A DNA stretch of 64,000 nucleotides from an uncultured Candidatus Rokubacteria bacterium (GTDB lineage Bacteria > Methylomirabilota > Methylomirabilia > Rokubacteriales > CSP1-6): the NCBI GenBank assembly GCA_963754315.1, contig CAVWFS010000018.1, positions 160,001 through 224,000 of the forward strand. The letters are read 5' to 3'. Of the stretch, positions 56,584 through 64,000 are shown piece by piece (position 1 is the stretch's first letter; the number at the start of each line of letters is the position of its first letter). A program made the position numbers and the translations under genes. The notes under the pieces were generated by a model that worked only from the letters and a program-made list of their open reading frames with translations, was not told the origin of the DNA and made no database searches.

Positions 56584-57054
56584 ATGACCACCGCCACCAC
56601 CGGTATTGGTCTCAAGCGGTTACAGCATCTCGTGCTGTGGGTCTCCGACGTCGCGCAGAGTGTACGCTTCTATCGCGACGTGCTGGGCTTCGAGGTGAAA
56701 TCCGAGTCGCCTCGCGCGGCCTTCCTGAGGATCGCCGGCAGCTCCGAGGATCATCACCTCGGGCTGTTCGAGCAGTCGGGGGTCGCGCGTCCGGATGAAC
56801 GGGTGGCCCGCATGTACCACTCGGCCTGGGAGGTCGGCGAGCTCACCGATCTGGTGCGAGCGCGCGAGCGCCTGCGGGAGGCGGGCGCGCTCGTCGGCCA
56901 GTCGAGTCACGGCGTGAGTCTGTCGCTCTACGCCAAGGATCCCGATGGACTCGAGTTCGAGGTCTTCTGGACGGTGCCCGACGGGCGGTCCGGCCCGACG
57001 CGGGAGCTGAACCTCGAGGCGGAGTTGGCCCGCCGCGGGATCACGATGGTGTGA
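56584..57054 (+). CDS. VOC/glyoxalase family protein
   Basis: LQHLVLWVSD, FYRDVLGF, HHLGLF, YHSAWEV, YAKDPDGLEFE. Confidence 0.9.
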   Translation: MTTATTGIGLKRLQHLVLWVSDVAQSVRFYRDVLGFEVKSESPRAAFLRIAGSSEDHHLGLFEQSGVARPDERVARMYHSAWEVGELTDLVRARERLREAGALVGQSSHGVSLSLYAKDPDGLEFEVFWTVPDGRSGPTRELNLEAELARRGITMV

Positions 57055-58267
57055 GGGCCGGGTCCGGAAACGCCAAGCTCACGGGGGCATTCGCCTCGAA
57101 GGGACTCCAGAGGCCGAGCTCCTTGGCGATTTCGCGCAGGGCAGGCAGAACTTCCTCGCCAAGTAGGCGAATACACGATCGGGTGTCCTCGTTCGGGACG
57201 AAGCCATCGCTTGCCCAGAGCCCAAGAATGGACGGCCGTGTCTCCTCCAGGAGCCGACGGAGCTTGGGGATGACCGTCTTCGGCGTGCCGGCCACGATTT
57301 GCTGGTTCTCGATCTGGTCCTCGAAGGCAGCTCCGCGGGGGTTCGGTCGGCGTCCCACGGCGTACTCGACGAACGCGGTTCGGTACGACGGCGAGAAATA
57401 GCCGGACGGGCTCGACCAGACGGGATGGGCGAGGCCGGTGAACTCGCCTTGCATCCACATGAACTGCCGGGCATTGGCCATGGCCTTTTCCTCGGTCTCT
57501 GCGACGTGGCACCGCTGCAGATACCCGCGATACTCGGGTCCTCCCGCATAGCCCGTTTCTGTCGCGACCCGATCGTAGAGCTCCCAGATCTTCTTGGTCG
57601 CGTCGATCGCCGTGCTGAGGGCGATGTAGGGATAACGCTTCTGCGCTGCCCACACGATCGTCTCCTTGCTGAGCACGCCGGGGATCCACACGCGCGGGTG
57701 GGGCTTCTGCAAGGGAAGCGCCCACGGATTGACCACGCGATGCTGGTAGTGCGTCCCCTCCCAGCGGAAAGGTCCCGGCTGGGTCCACGTCTTCACGATG
57801 AGCTCATGCGCTTCCTCGAAGCGCTCGCGGTTGTAGGCGGGATTGACGCCGGTTGCGAGCTGCTCCTGCCCGCCGCCACGCACGAAGCCCGACACCAGCC
57901 GCCCGCGGGACACCATGTCGATCATGGCCAGCTCCTCGGCCAGCCGCACCGGGTTGTCGGCGAGCGGAAGGGGATTGCCGAGGAGAACGATCTTCACGCG
58001 CTTGGTGGTGGCGGCCAGGATGGAGGCGAACACATTGCACTTCGCCTGCATGCAGAACGGCGCGTTATGGTGCTCGTTCAGCATGATCCCGTCGAAGCCG
58101 ACCTCCTCGGCGAGCCGATAGTCCTCCAGATACTCGTTGTACAGACGGCTGCCCGCCACCGGATCGAAGAAGCGGTTCGAGAACATGAGGGCGGTGGCGC
58201 CGAACTTGCGCCCCTCGTCCGCGGGATAGGCCGACATCGGCTGCTCGGTGAAATACATGAGGTGCAT
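57041..58267 (-). CDS. LLM-class flavin-dependent oxidoreductase
   Basis: AEEVGFDGIMLNEHH, NPVRLAEELAMIDMVSRGRL, PLQKPHP. Confidence 0.9.
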   Translation of the reverse strand: MHLMYFTEQPMSAYPADEGRKFGATALMFSNRFFDPVAGSRLYNEYLEDYRLAEEVGFDGIMLNEHHNAPFCMQAKCNVFASILAATTKRVKIVLLGNPLPLADNPVRLAEELAMIDMVSRGRLVSGFVRGGGQEQLATGVNPAYNRERFEEAHELIVKTWTQPGPFRWEGTHYQHRVVNPWALPLQKPHPRVWIPGVLSKETIVWAAQKRYPYIALSTAIDATKKIWELYDRVATETGYAGGPEYRGYLQRCHVAETEEKAMANARQFMWMQGEFTGLAHPVWSSPSGYFSPSYRTAFVEYAVGRRPNPRGAAFEDQIENQQIVAGTPKTVIPKLRRLLEETRPSILGLWASDGFVPNEDTRSCIRLLGEEVLPALREIAKELGLWSPFEANAPVSLAFPDPALTPS

Positions 58268-58278
58268 TGGCGATCCCT

Positions 58279-59133
58279 CTATTTCTTGCTGGTTTTCGTC
58301 CGCCTCTTGGGCCCGGTGATGAAGTCAGTGACCAGCTGGGCGAGCTCGTGCGGTTTCTCCATCTCGACGAAGTGGCCGGCACCCTCGATGATCTCGAGCC
58401 GGCCGTGGCGGAGGGCCTTCACGTAGCGCTCCCCGCACTCGAGGGGAACGATGCGATCGTCGCGTCCCCACACGACGAGAGTGGGCGTCCCGATTCCGCT
58501 CACGAGATGGCCGAGGGTAGGGCTGTACATGTACGGCTTCCAGGCGATGCGAAACGTCATCTCCCGGTTCAGATCCCACTGCTCGAGAATGCTCGTGGAC
58601 GGTTCGGCCCCGTAGTAGCGCTCGAAGGCGCTCGCGTCCGCGAAACCCAGACGCGCATAGTCTATGTAGGAGATCAAGGCCTGATCGGCAATCTCACCGC
58701 GCTCGGGTCGAAGACCCATGGCTCCCACCAAAACCAGCCGGCGGAGCGCCTGCGGGGCCATGGTGGCCATCTCGGCAGCGATCCACCCACCGAAGCCGAG
58801 CCCGACCAGCGAAACCGTCCCTGCCTTTCGGGTAGCCTCATGTTCGGCAAGCAGCCACTGGTACAGCACCGCAACGTCGCGCACGCTGCGTATCCACTCG
58901 GGCCGGAGTGACTTGTCGTATCCCGGGTGGGACGGCACCAGAACCGTGAAGTGACGGGCCAGATCGTCGTAGAAAGCCAGGCGTTCGAGGCTCCCGATAT
59001 CGTGATGGAGCACGACCACCGGGGCGCCGGCGCCTGCTCGCGCAATGTGCAATCCCACCCCGGCGATGGGAACAGTCTCCGAGACCCAGTTCACGGCATC
59101 GGCGCTCACCGTCGTGATCGTCCTCTCCGTCAT
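58279..59133 (-). CDS. Alpha/beta hydrolase-fold protein lacking the catalytic Ser
   Basis: LHHDIG, PSHPGY, VGLGFGGWIAAE (nucleophile position is Gly), WGRDDRIVP, AGHF. Confidence 0.8.
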   Translation of the reverse strand: MTERTITTVSADAVNWVSETVPIAGVGLHIARAGAGAPVVVLHHDIGSLERLAFYDDLARHFTVLVPSHPGYDKSLRPEWIRSVRDVAVLYQWLLAEHEATRKAGTVSLVGLGFGGWIAAEMATMAPQALRRLVLVGAMGLRPERGEIADQALISYIDYARLGFADASAFERYYGAEPSTSILEQWDLNREMTFRIAWKPYMYSPTLGHLVSGIGTPTLVVWGRDDRIVPLECGERYVKALRHGRLEIIEGAGHFVEMEKPHELAQLVTDFITGPKRRTKTSKK

Positions 59134-59202
59134 CGCGCCTAGCGACGGCAATGACCCGAAAGCAGCCTACATGTTCTTCGCACGTCCTGGCAAGGCGAGA
59201 CG

Positions 59203-59230
59203 CAGCGACAGGCGGACCAGCGACAGGCGG
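59203..59230. repeat. 13-bp direct repeat x2 (period 15)
   Basis: CAGCGACAGGCGG at 59203 and 59218. Confidence 0.7.
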
Positions 59231-59266
59231 CGATGGGTAGGTGTGCGCGTTGGCGAACGAGCAGAT

Positions 59267-60082
59267 CTAGAAGCCGAGGAACTCCTTCAACGCGGTGAGG
59301 ACAGCGTCCGGATTGTCCTCGTGCAACGTATGGACGGCCCGTGGGATCTCCACGAATCGCCCGTGGGGAAGCTCCTTGGCCATGCGTTCGGCCACGTCGC
59401 GGTCCAGGATGCGGCTCTCGGCCCCCCGCAGCACGAGTGTGGGCGGCGTCACCGATCGTAGGATGGCCCACCAGTCCAGATCGGGTTGAGAGCGGCGTTC
59501 CTTGACGCTCGGATGCCAGGCCCAGACGAGGGACCCATCGGGGCGTGTGCGAAGGCTATGAGAGGCCACCCAGCGGTAGTAGTGGATGCCGGGATACGGG
59601 TTTCCCTGGTACAGATGCTGAGCGGCCTGCTCGATGCTGTTCCAGGTGTCGGGCTCGGGAGGTCCGGACGACGGTTCCATGGCGCGCCGGCTGATCTCCG
59701 GCCCGATGTCGACGATGATCAGTTTCTGCACGAGATCCGGCCGCTTGGAAGTGAAGTAGATGCCGTTACGACCACCCATGGAGAGTCCCATCAGGACGAA
59801 TGACTTCAACGCCAGCTGCTCGACCACACCGGAGATGTCATCGAAGGCAACGATGGAATTGTACGTATCGGCGGGATCGCTCTCGCCGTGACCACGCTGG
59901 TCGAGGGCATAGACATGAAAGTGTGGTTGGAGCGCGATGCTGAGCGTGTCCCAGGCGTGGGCGTGGCCCGTGAAGCCGTGCAAGAGCAGGAGCGGCGTGC
60001 GGCCGTCGCCGCCCCAGTCGAGCAAGTGAAACCGCAAACCGTTGACCGTGAGGTAACGATCCCGGGGCCGCAGCAGGTTCAT
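59267..60082 (-). CDS. Alpha/beta hydrolase
   Basis: LLHGFTGH, DQRGHGES, GLSMGG, AVHTLHED. Confidence 0.88.
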   Translation of the reverse strand: MNLLRPRDRYLTVNGLRFHLLDWGGDGRTPLLLLHGFTGHAHAWDTLSIALQPHFHVYALDQRGHGESDPADTYNSIVAFDDISGVVEQLALKSFVLMGLSMGGRNGIYFTSKRPDLVQKLIIVDIGPEISRRAMEPSSGPPEPDTWNSIEQAAQHLYQGNPYPGIHYYRWVASHSLRTRPDGSLVWAWHPSVKERRSQPDLDWWAILRSVTPPTLVLRGAESRILDRDVAERMAKELPHGRFVEIPRAVHTLHEDNPDAVLTALKEFLGF

Positions 60083-60098
60083 GGGCCGAACGCTCCGT

Positions 60099-60716
60099 CT
60101 ATTGAACCGGCGAGAACGATGCGGGCATGAGGATCTTGTTGGCCTGTGTAAACAGCGTGTCGCCACCGCCGGGGGGCGGCCACACGCCAGTCTCACGCGC
60201 CTTCTTGCGAACGTCCATTCGCTGATCGAGGCTCTGGTAGGCCCAGATGTGAATGAAGCGGTTCGCCTCGCCGAACTCCACGTGCCCGGCCAGGGCCAGC
60301 GGTGACATCTTGACGCGCGGGCCAATGGCCCCCTTCCAGCGCTCGATGAGCCCCGGGAGCGTTCCCGGCTTGATGGCGTAGCAGCGCATCTCGAAGTAGG
60401 GGCCCATCTTACCAGGCGTCAGCTCGGGCAAGAACGGGAACGGCACCAGGACCTCCGACTCCATGTGAAGGATGAACTCCTGGATCTTCGGTGGCCAGTT
60501 GGGGTCCTTGGCGGCCTCAGCGCGCACGCGCACCCGCTCGGCCAGGTCCGGGTACGGCCACACGTGGATGATCTCGTTGAGCGGGCCGACCTCCGTGTGC
60601 CAGAAGGCGGCCAGGGGCGAGTACTTCTTGCGGTATTCGTAGGCTTCTCCGAACCGCTTCTCGACTTCTGCCTGGCTGCCGGGCTTGATCTGATACGTGC
60701 GGATCTCGTAGATCAT
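60099..60716 (-). CDS. NIPSNAP family protein (two domains)
   Basis: IYEIRTYQIKPG...HTEVGPLNEIIHVWPY and a second repeat FEMRCYAIKPG...FIHIWAY, ending FSPVQ. Confidence 0.9.
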   Translation of the reverse strand: MIYEIRTYQIKPGSQAEVEKRFGEAYEYRKKYSPLAAFWHTEVGPLNEIIHVWPYPDLAERVRVRAEAAKDPNWPPKIQEFILHMESEVLVPFPFLPELTPGKMGPYFEMRCYAIKPGTLPGLIERWKGAIGPRVKMSPLALAGHVEFGEANRFIHIWAYQSLDQRMDVRKKARETGVWPPPGGGDTLFTQANKILMPASFSPVQ

Positions 60717-60852
60717 CGTGAGCCCTCCTCCCTCTCGGGTGAGGCGAGAGTACCCCATCGGGGCCGAGCGCGACAATCCCCCCTTGCGCGGGACGGGCTG
60801 ACGAGATACACCCTAAGCGGCGAGGGCACGCGGCCTCGACCAGGAGAACGCC

Positions 60853-61647
60853 ATGAGCGAGACACCGAAGCTGCTGCTGGAGAAGGACGGGCCGATTGGT
60901 TGGATCATCTTCAACCAGCCGGAAAAGCGCAATGCCGTGAGCCAGGAGATGTGGCAGCTCATGCCCGAGTACGTGCATGACCTGGCCACCGACGACAGCA
61001 TCCGGGTGGTCGTCCTGCGCGGGGCCGGCGACAAGGCCTTCGTGGCCGGGGCCGACATCTCGCAGTTCAAGGAGCGCCGCCGCAACATGGCCGACGAGGC
61101 TGAGTACAGCCGCACGTCGGCCCGCGGCCAAGAGGCGCTGTCCAGCTTGGCCAAGCCGCTCATGGCCATGATCCATGGATACTGCGTGGGCGGAGGCCTC
61201 AGCATCGCCATCGGGTGCGACATGCGCATCGCCGCCGACGATGCGCGCTTCGGCGTCCCGGCGGCGCGCCTCGGTCTCGGCTACCACTACCACGGCATGG
61301 AAAAGCTCATGAAGCTGGTGGGGCCCTCCTTCACCAAGGAGATCTTCTTCACGGCCCGCACTGATTTCAGCGCCCAGGATGCGCTCCGCATGGGGCTGGT
61401 GAACCAGGTGGTCCCCAAGGCAGAGCTGGAGAGCTTCACCCGCGACTATGCCCTCACCATCGGACGCAACGCGCCGCTCACCATCCGTTCGGCCAAGGCC
61501 AGCGTGGATCAGTTGCTCCGCCCGACCGATCAGCGCGACCTGGCCCACCTGGATCGACTGCTCGCGGACTGCTTCAACAGTCAGGACTACCAGGAAGGGG
61601 TCAAGGCGTTCTCCGAGAAGCGGCGCCCTCAGTTTCAGGGCCGCTGA
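60853..61647 (+). CDS. Enoyl-CoA hydratase/isomerase
   Basis: NQPEKRNA, AFVAGADISQF, GYCVGGG, DMRIA, PAARLG, DYQEGVKAF.EKRRP. Confidence 0.93.
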   Translation: MSETPKLLLEKDGPIGWIIFNQPEKRNAVSQEMWQLMPEYVHDLATDDSIRVVVLRGAGDKAFVAGADISQFKERRRNMADEAEYSRTSARGQEALSSLAKPLMAMIHGYCVGGGLSIAIGCDMRIAADDARFGVPAARLGLGYHYHGMEKLMKLVGPSFTKEIFFTARTDFSAQDALRMGLVNQVVPKAELESFTRDYALTIGRNAPLTIRSAKASVDQLLRPTDQRDLAHLDRLLADCFNSQDYQEGVKAFSEKRRPQFQGR

Positions 61648-61675
61648 ACCGGTCCGGCCGCGAGCAGGATCGCTT

Positions 61676-61961
61676 ATGCGTGTTCAGAGCATCGAAGCCA
61701 TCGCCATCGACATCCCGCTCACCAGGAACTTCGGCGGCAGCACGTACGCCGTGCTCAAGCGCAGCACGGTGATCACGCGCCTGCGCACCGACGAGGGCCT
61801 GCTACGTCGAGTGCTTCGCCGACCCCGAGCGCGATCCGGTTTGGCAGGCGATGTGGGCTAACCGTCCTCCGATCAAGGACGGCATGATGGAGGTGAACCC
61901 CGATCCCGGCTTCGGCGTCATCCTCGACAATGCCATGGTCAGCCGCTACCGCGTAGCCTGA
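61676..61961 (+). pseudogene. Internally deleted mandelate racemase/muconate lactonizing enzyme remnant
   Basis: N-terminus MRVQSIEAIAIDIPL...VITRLRTDEGL is joined out of frame (~61800) to C-terminus YVECFADPERDP...IKDGMMEV..DPGFGVILD...YRVA*. Confidence 0.78.
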
Positions 61962-61965
61962 CGCG

Positions 61966-63138
61966 TCAGCCCTTCCAGGCGTGCTTGCGGAGGGCGACCT
62001 CGTTCAGGTCGGTGCCCCAGCCCGGTCCGGTGGGGATGCGCATTGTCCCGTCCTTGATCTCGGGGAGCACGGTGACCAGCTCGTCGCGCCAGGGCGTGTG
62101 CTCGGGATCCGATTCCATGATCTTCACGTTCGACACCGAAGCGCAGAGGTTCAGACTCTGAAAGGTCGAGAGGTGGCCATTGTAGTTGTGCGGGGCAATG
62201 TTCAGCTCGTAGGACTCTGCGAGGTCGGCCACCTTCTTGGCGGTCGAGAATCCTTGCCACGCTACGTCGACCATCACCACGTCCATGGCGTGCCGCTCCA
62301 GATAGGGACGGTACTGCCGGATGGTGAGTAGCTGCTCGCCCGAACAGATGGGCACCCGGACCGATGAGCGGAGCTGGGCGAGGGCGTGCGGGTCCTGGTT
62401 GTCGATCTCCAGCCAGTAGAGGCTGAACGGTTCGAGCTCGCGGGCCAGCCGCACGGCTTCGCTCGGCTTGAAGTTCACGTTCACGTCGAGGCAGATGTCG
62501 ATGCTCGGCCCTACCGCCTCCCGCATCGTCCGGATCTGGGCGACTGCCTGGTCGATGATCTCGCGGGCGGCCAGCTGGTCGTGGGGACCAGTCGTCCCCT
62601 GAGTGATCCGACGGGCCGGCTCGCCCGGCCAGATGATGTTCGTCTTGAACGCGGTGTAGCCGCGGGCCACCGCCTCCCGCGCCACCGCGGCCAGATCGTC
62701 CATCGTCCGCAGAGGCTTCGTCCCCAGGAGCTTCCAGTTGGTGACCCGGTAGGTGGCGAGATGTGACCAGTACACGCGCTGACTCTCCCGGAGTGGTCCA
62801 CCCATGAGCCGCCACACAGGTACCCCAAGCGCCTTGCCGGCCAAATCCCACAGCGCCAGCTCCAGCCCCGCGATGGCCATCTGGGTCGCGCCGTACGACG
62901 CCTGACGCGTGTGACGGTAAAGATCGATGTAGTGCTTCTCGACCGCCGTCGGATCCTTACCAATCAGGCGCTCGCCCAGATCGTCCACCAGGCCCAGCAG
63001 CCCGCGCACCAGGCCAGGGCTCCCGAACTCGCTATAGCCAGTGAGTCCCTCGTCGGTGCGAATGGCGCAGTAGAGCCACGGCCGTGCAGGCGTGAAGCCA
63101 GTATCAACCACGAAGGTGTCGATGGCGGTGATCTTCAT
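61966..63138 (-). CDS. Mandelate racemase/MLE family enzyme (galactonate dehydratase-like)
   Basis: IRTDEGLTG, LELALWDLAGKALGVPV..LMGG, GYTAFK, LDVN, WLE, GE, APHN, PTGPGWG. Confidence 0.9.
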   Translation of the reverse strand: MKITAIDTFVVDTGFTPARPWLYCAIRTDEGLTGYSEFGSPGLVRGLLGLVDDLGERLIGKDPTAVEKHYIDLYRHTRQASYGATQMAIAGLELALWDLAGKALGVPVWRLMGGPLRESQRVYWSHLATYRVTNWKLLGTKPLRTMDDLAAVAREAVARGYTAFKTNIIWPGEPARRITQGTTGPHDQLAAREIIDQAVAQIRTMREAVGPSIDICLDVNVNFKPSEAVRLARELEPFSLYWLEIDNQDPHALAQLRSSVRVPICSGEQLLTIRQYRPYLERHAMDVVMVDVAWQGFSTAKKVADLAESYELNIAPHNYNGHLSTFQSLNLCASVSNVKIMESDPEHTPWRDELVTVLPEIKDGTMRIPTGPGWGTDLNEVALRKHAWKG

Positions 63139-63321
63139 GCCTGGCGGTTCTACCCCAGAACCGCGAGCGAGGCAAGCGAGCCGTCGATTGGGTCGAATGT
63201 CTTCACGACCATCGATTGACGGGAACGCGGCGCTGACGCAATACTGCCGTCGGCGCTAGCGTGATCGCCCCTCATGCTCACGTTGATGCGGCGGCTCGAG
63301 AACGCCGCGGCGAGGAGTCCC

Positions 63322-64000
63322 ATGAACGTGTTCGTCTTCGACCTGCTGCCCTACGGAGAGCATCTCGATCATCTGAAGGAGGGACCGGAGCTTCCGTGGC
63401 CGCTGCTCCGCCGCCACTTCAAGCCCGAGGTGGCCGTGCGCACCTACGCCGAGCACCTGGCGGCGTGGGAGGCCCTGGATCGGCTGGGGTTCGACGGTGT
63501 CGGATTCAACGAGCACCACACCTCCCCCTACGGGCTGATGAACTCGCCCAACCTGATGGCGGCCTCCGCCGCCCAGCGCACGCAGCGGATCAAACTCCTC
63601 ATCTACGGTAACCTGTTGCCTCTGCACGATCCGCTTCGGCTGGCCGAGGAGCTGGCCATGCTCGATTGCCTGTCGAATGGTCGCATCGTCTCCGGCTTCG
63701 CGCGCGGCATCCCCCGTGAGTACAACGTCTACAAGGTTCCCCTGCGCGAGTCCCGTGCCCGCTTCGAGGAGGCGTGGGAGATCATCCTCCGCGCCTGGAC
63801 AGAGGAGGAGTTCTCCTATACGGGCCGGTTCTGGTCCTACGAGAACGTCGCCATCTGGCCTAGGCCGGTGCAGCAGCCTCACCCTCCGGTCTGGGTGCCC
63901 GTCTCCGGCAGCAAGGAGACCATCGAATGGGCGGCCCGCTACAACATTCCCATCACGCCAGGCTTGGTCCCTACCCGCGGCCTTCGGGAAGACATCATTC
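63322..64000 (+). CDS. LLM-class flavin-dependent oxidoreductase (3' partial)
   Basis: GAGGAG RBS. MNVFVFDLLPY...LGFDGVGFNEHH...SPNL...DPLRLAEELAMLDCLSNGR...WPRPVQQPHPP. Runs off the window end. Confidence 0.9.
   Translation, partial: MNVFVFDLLPYGEHLDHLKEGPELPWPLLRRHFKPEVAVRTYAEHLAAWEALDRLGFDGVGFNEHHTSPYGLMNSPNLMAASAAQRTQRIKLLIYGNLLPLHDPLRLAEELAMLDCLSNGRIVSGFARGIPREYNVYKVPLRESRARFEEAWEIILRAWTEEEFSYTGRFWSYENVAIWPRPVQQPHPPVWVPVSGSKETIEWAARYNIPITPGLVPTRGLREDII

Noticed and set aside
1..64000. tRNA, rRNA, prophage or IS elements
   Set aside because: No such signatures were recognised by eye, and intergenic gaps are short.

Overview
High-GC bacterial chromosomal window with about 60 tightly packed genes. 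I saw no rRNA, tRNA, CRISPR array, integrase or transposase. The gene repertoire resembles soil Candidatus Rokubacteria/Methylomirabilota (inference only). It is mostly catabolic and redox enzymes: four luciferase-like monooxygenases, a Rieske oxygenase, a group D flavin monooxygenase, P450, a carotenoid oxygenase, PimC/PimD-like acyl-CoA dehydrogenases, 3-hydroxyanthranilate dioxygenase, many alpha/beta hydrolases, an amidohydrolase, an enolase-superfamily enzyme and a TPP enzyme. There is also a MoxR-DUF58 operon, an orphan wzm/wzt pair, thrC-metB, terC and a vapBC module. The best candidate for an undescribed system is at 27.1-34.1 kb: a compact operon of Zn-ribbon/TM2-like membrane protein, M48 metallopeptidase with Zn-ribbon, and a CHAT (caspase-like)-TIR fusion with catalytic residues intact, 1.5 kb from a second, 961-aa CHAT-TPR protease. 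Other notable items: a HicB-like protein translationally coupled between a Rieske oxygenase and a flavin monooxygenase, a plant-type threonine synthase/cystathionine gamma-synthase pair, three loci collapsed by large internal deletions, three single-base frameshifts, and an ~80-bp palindromic tandem repeat. All calls come from motif recognition by eye; no database searches were run.
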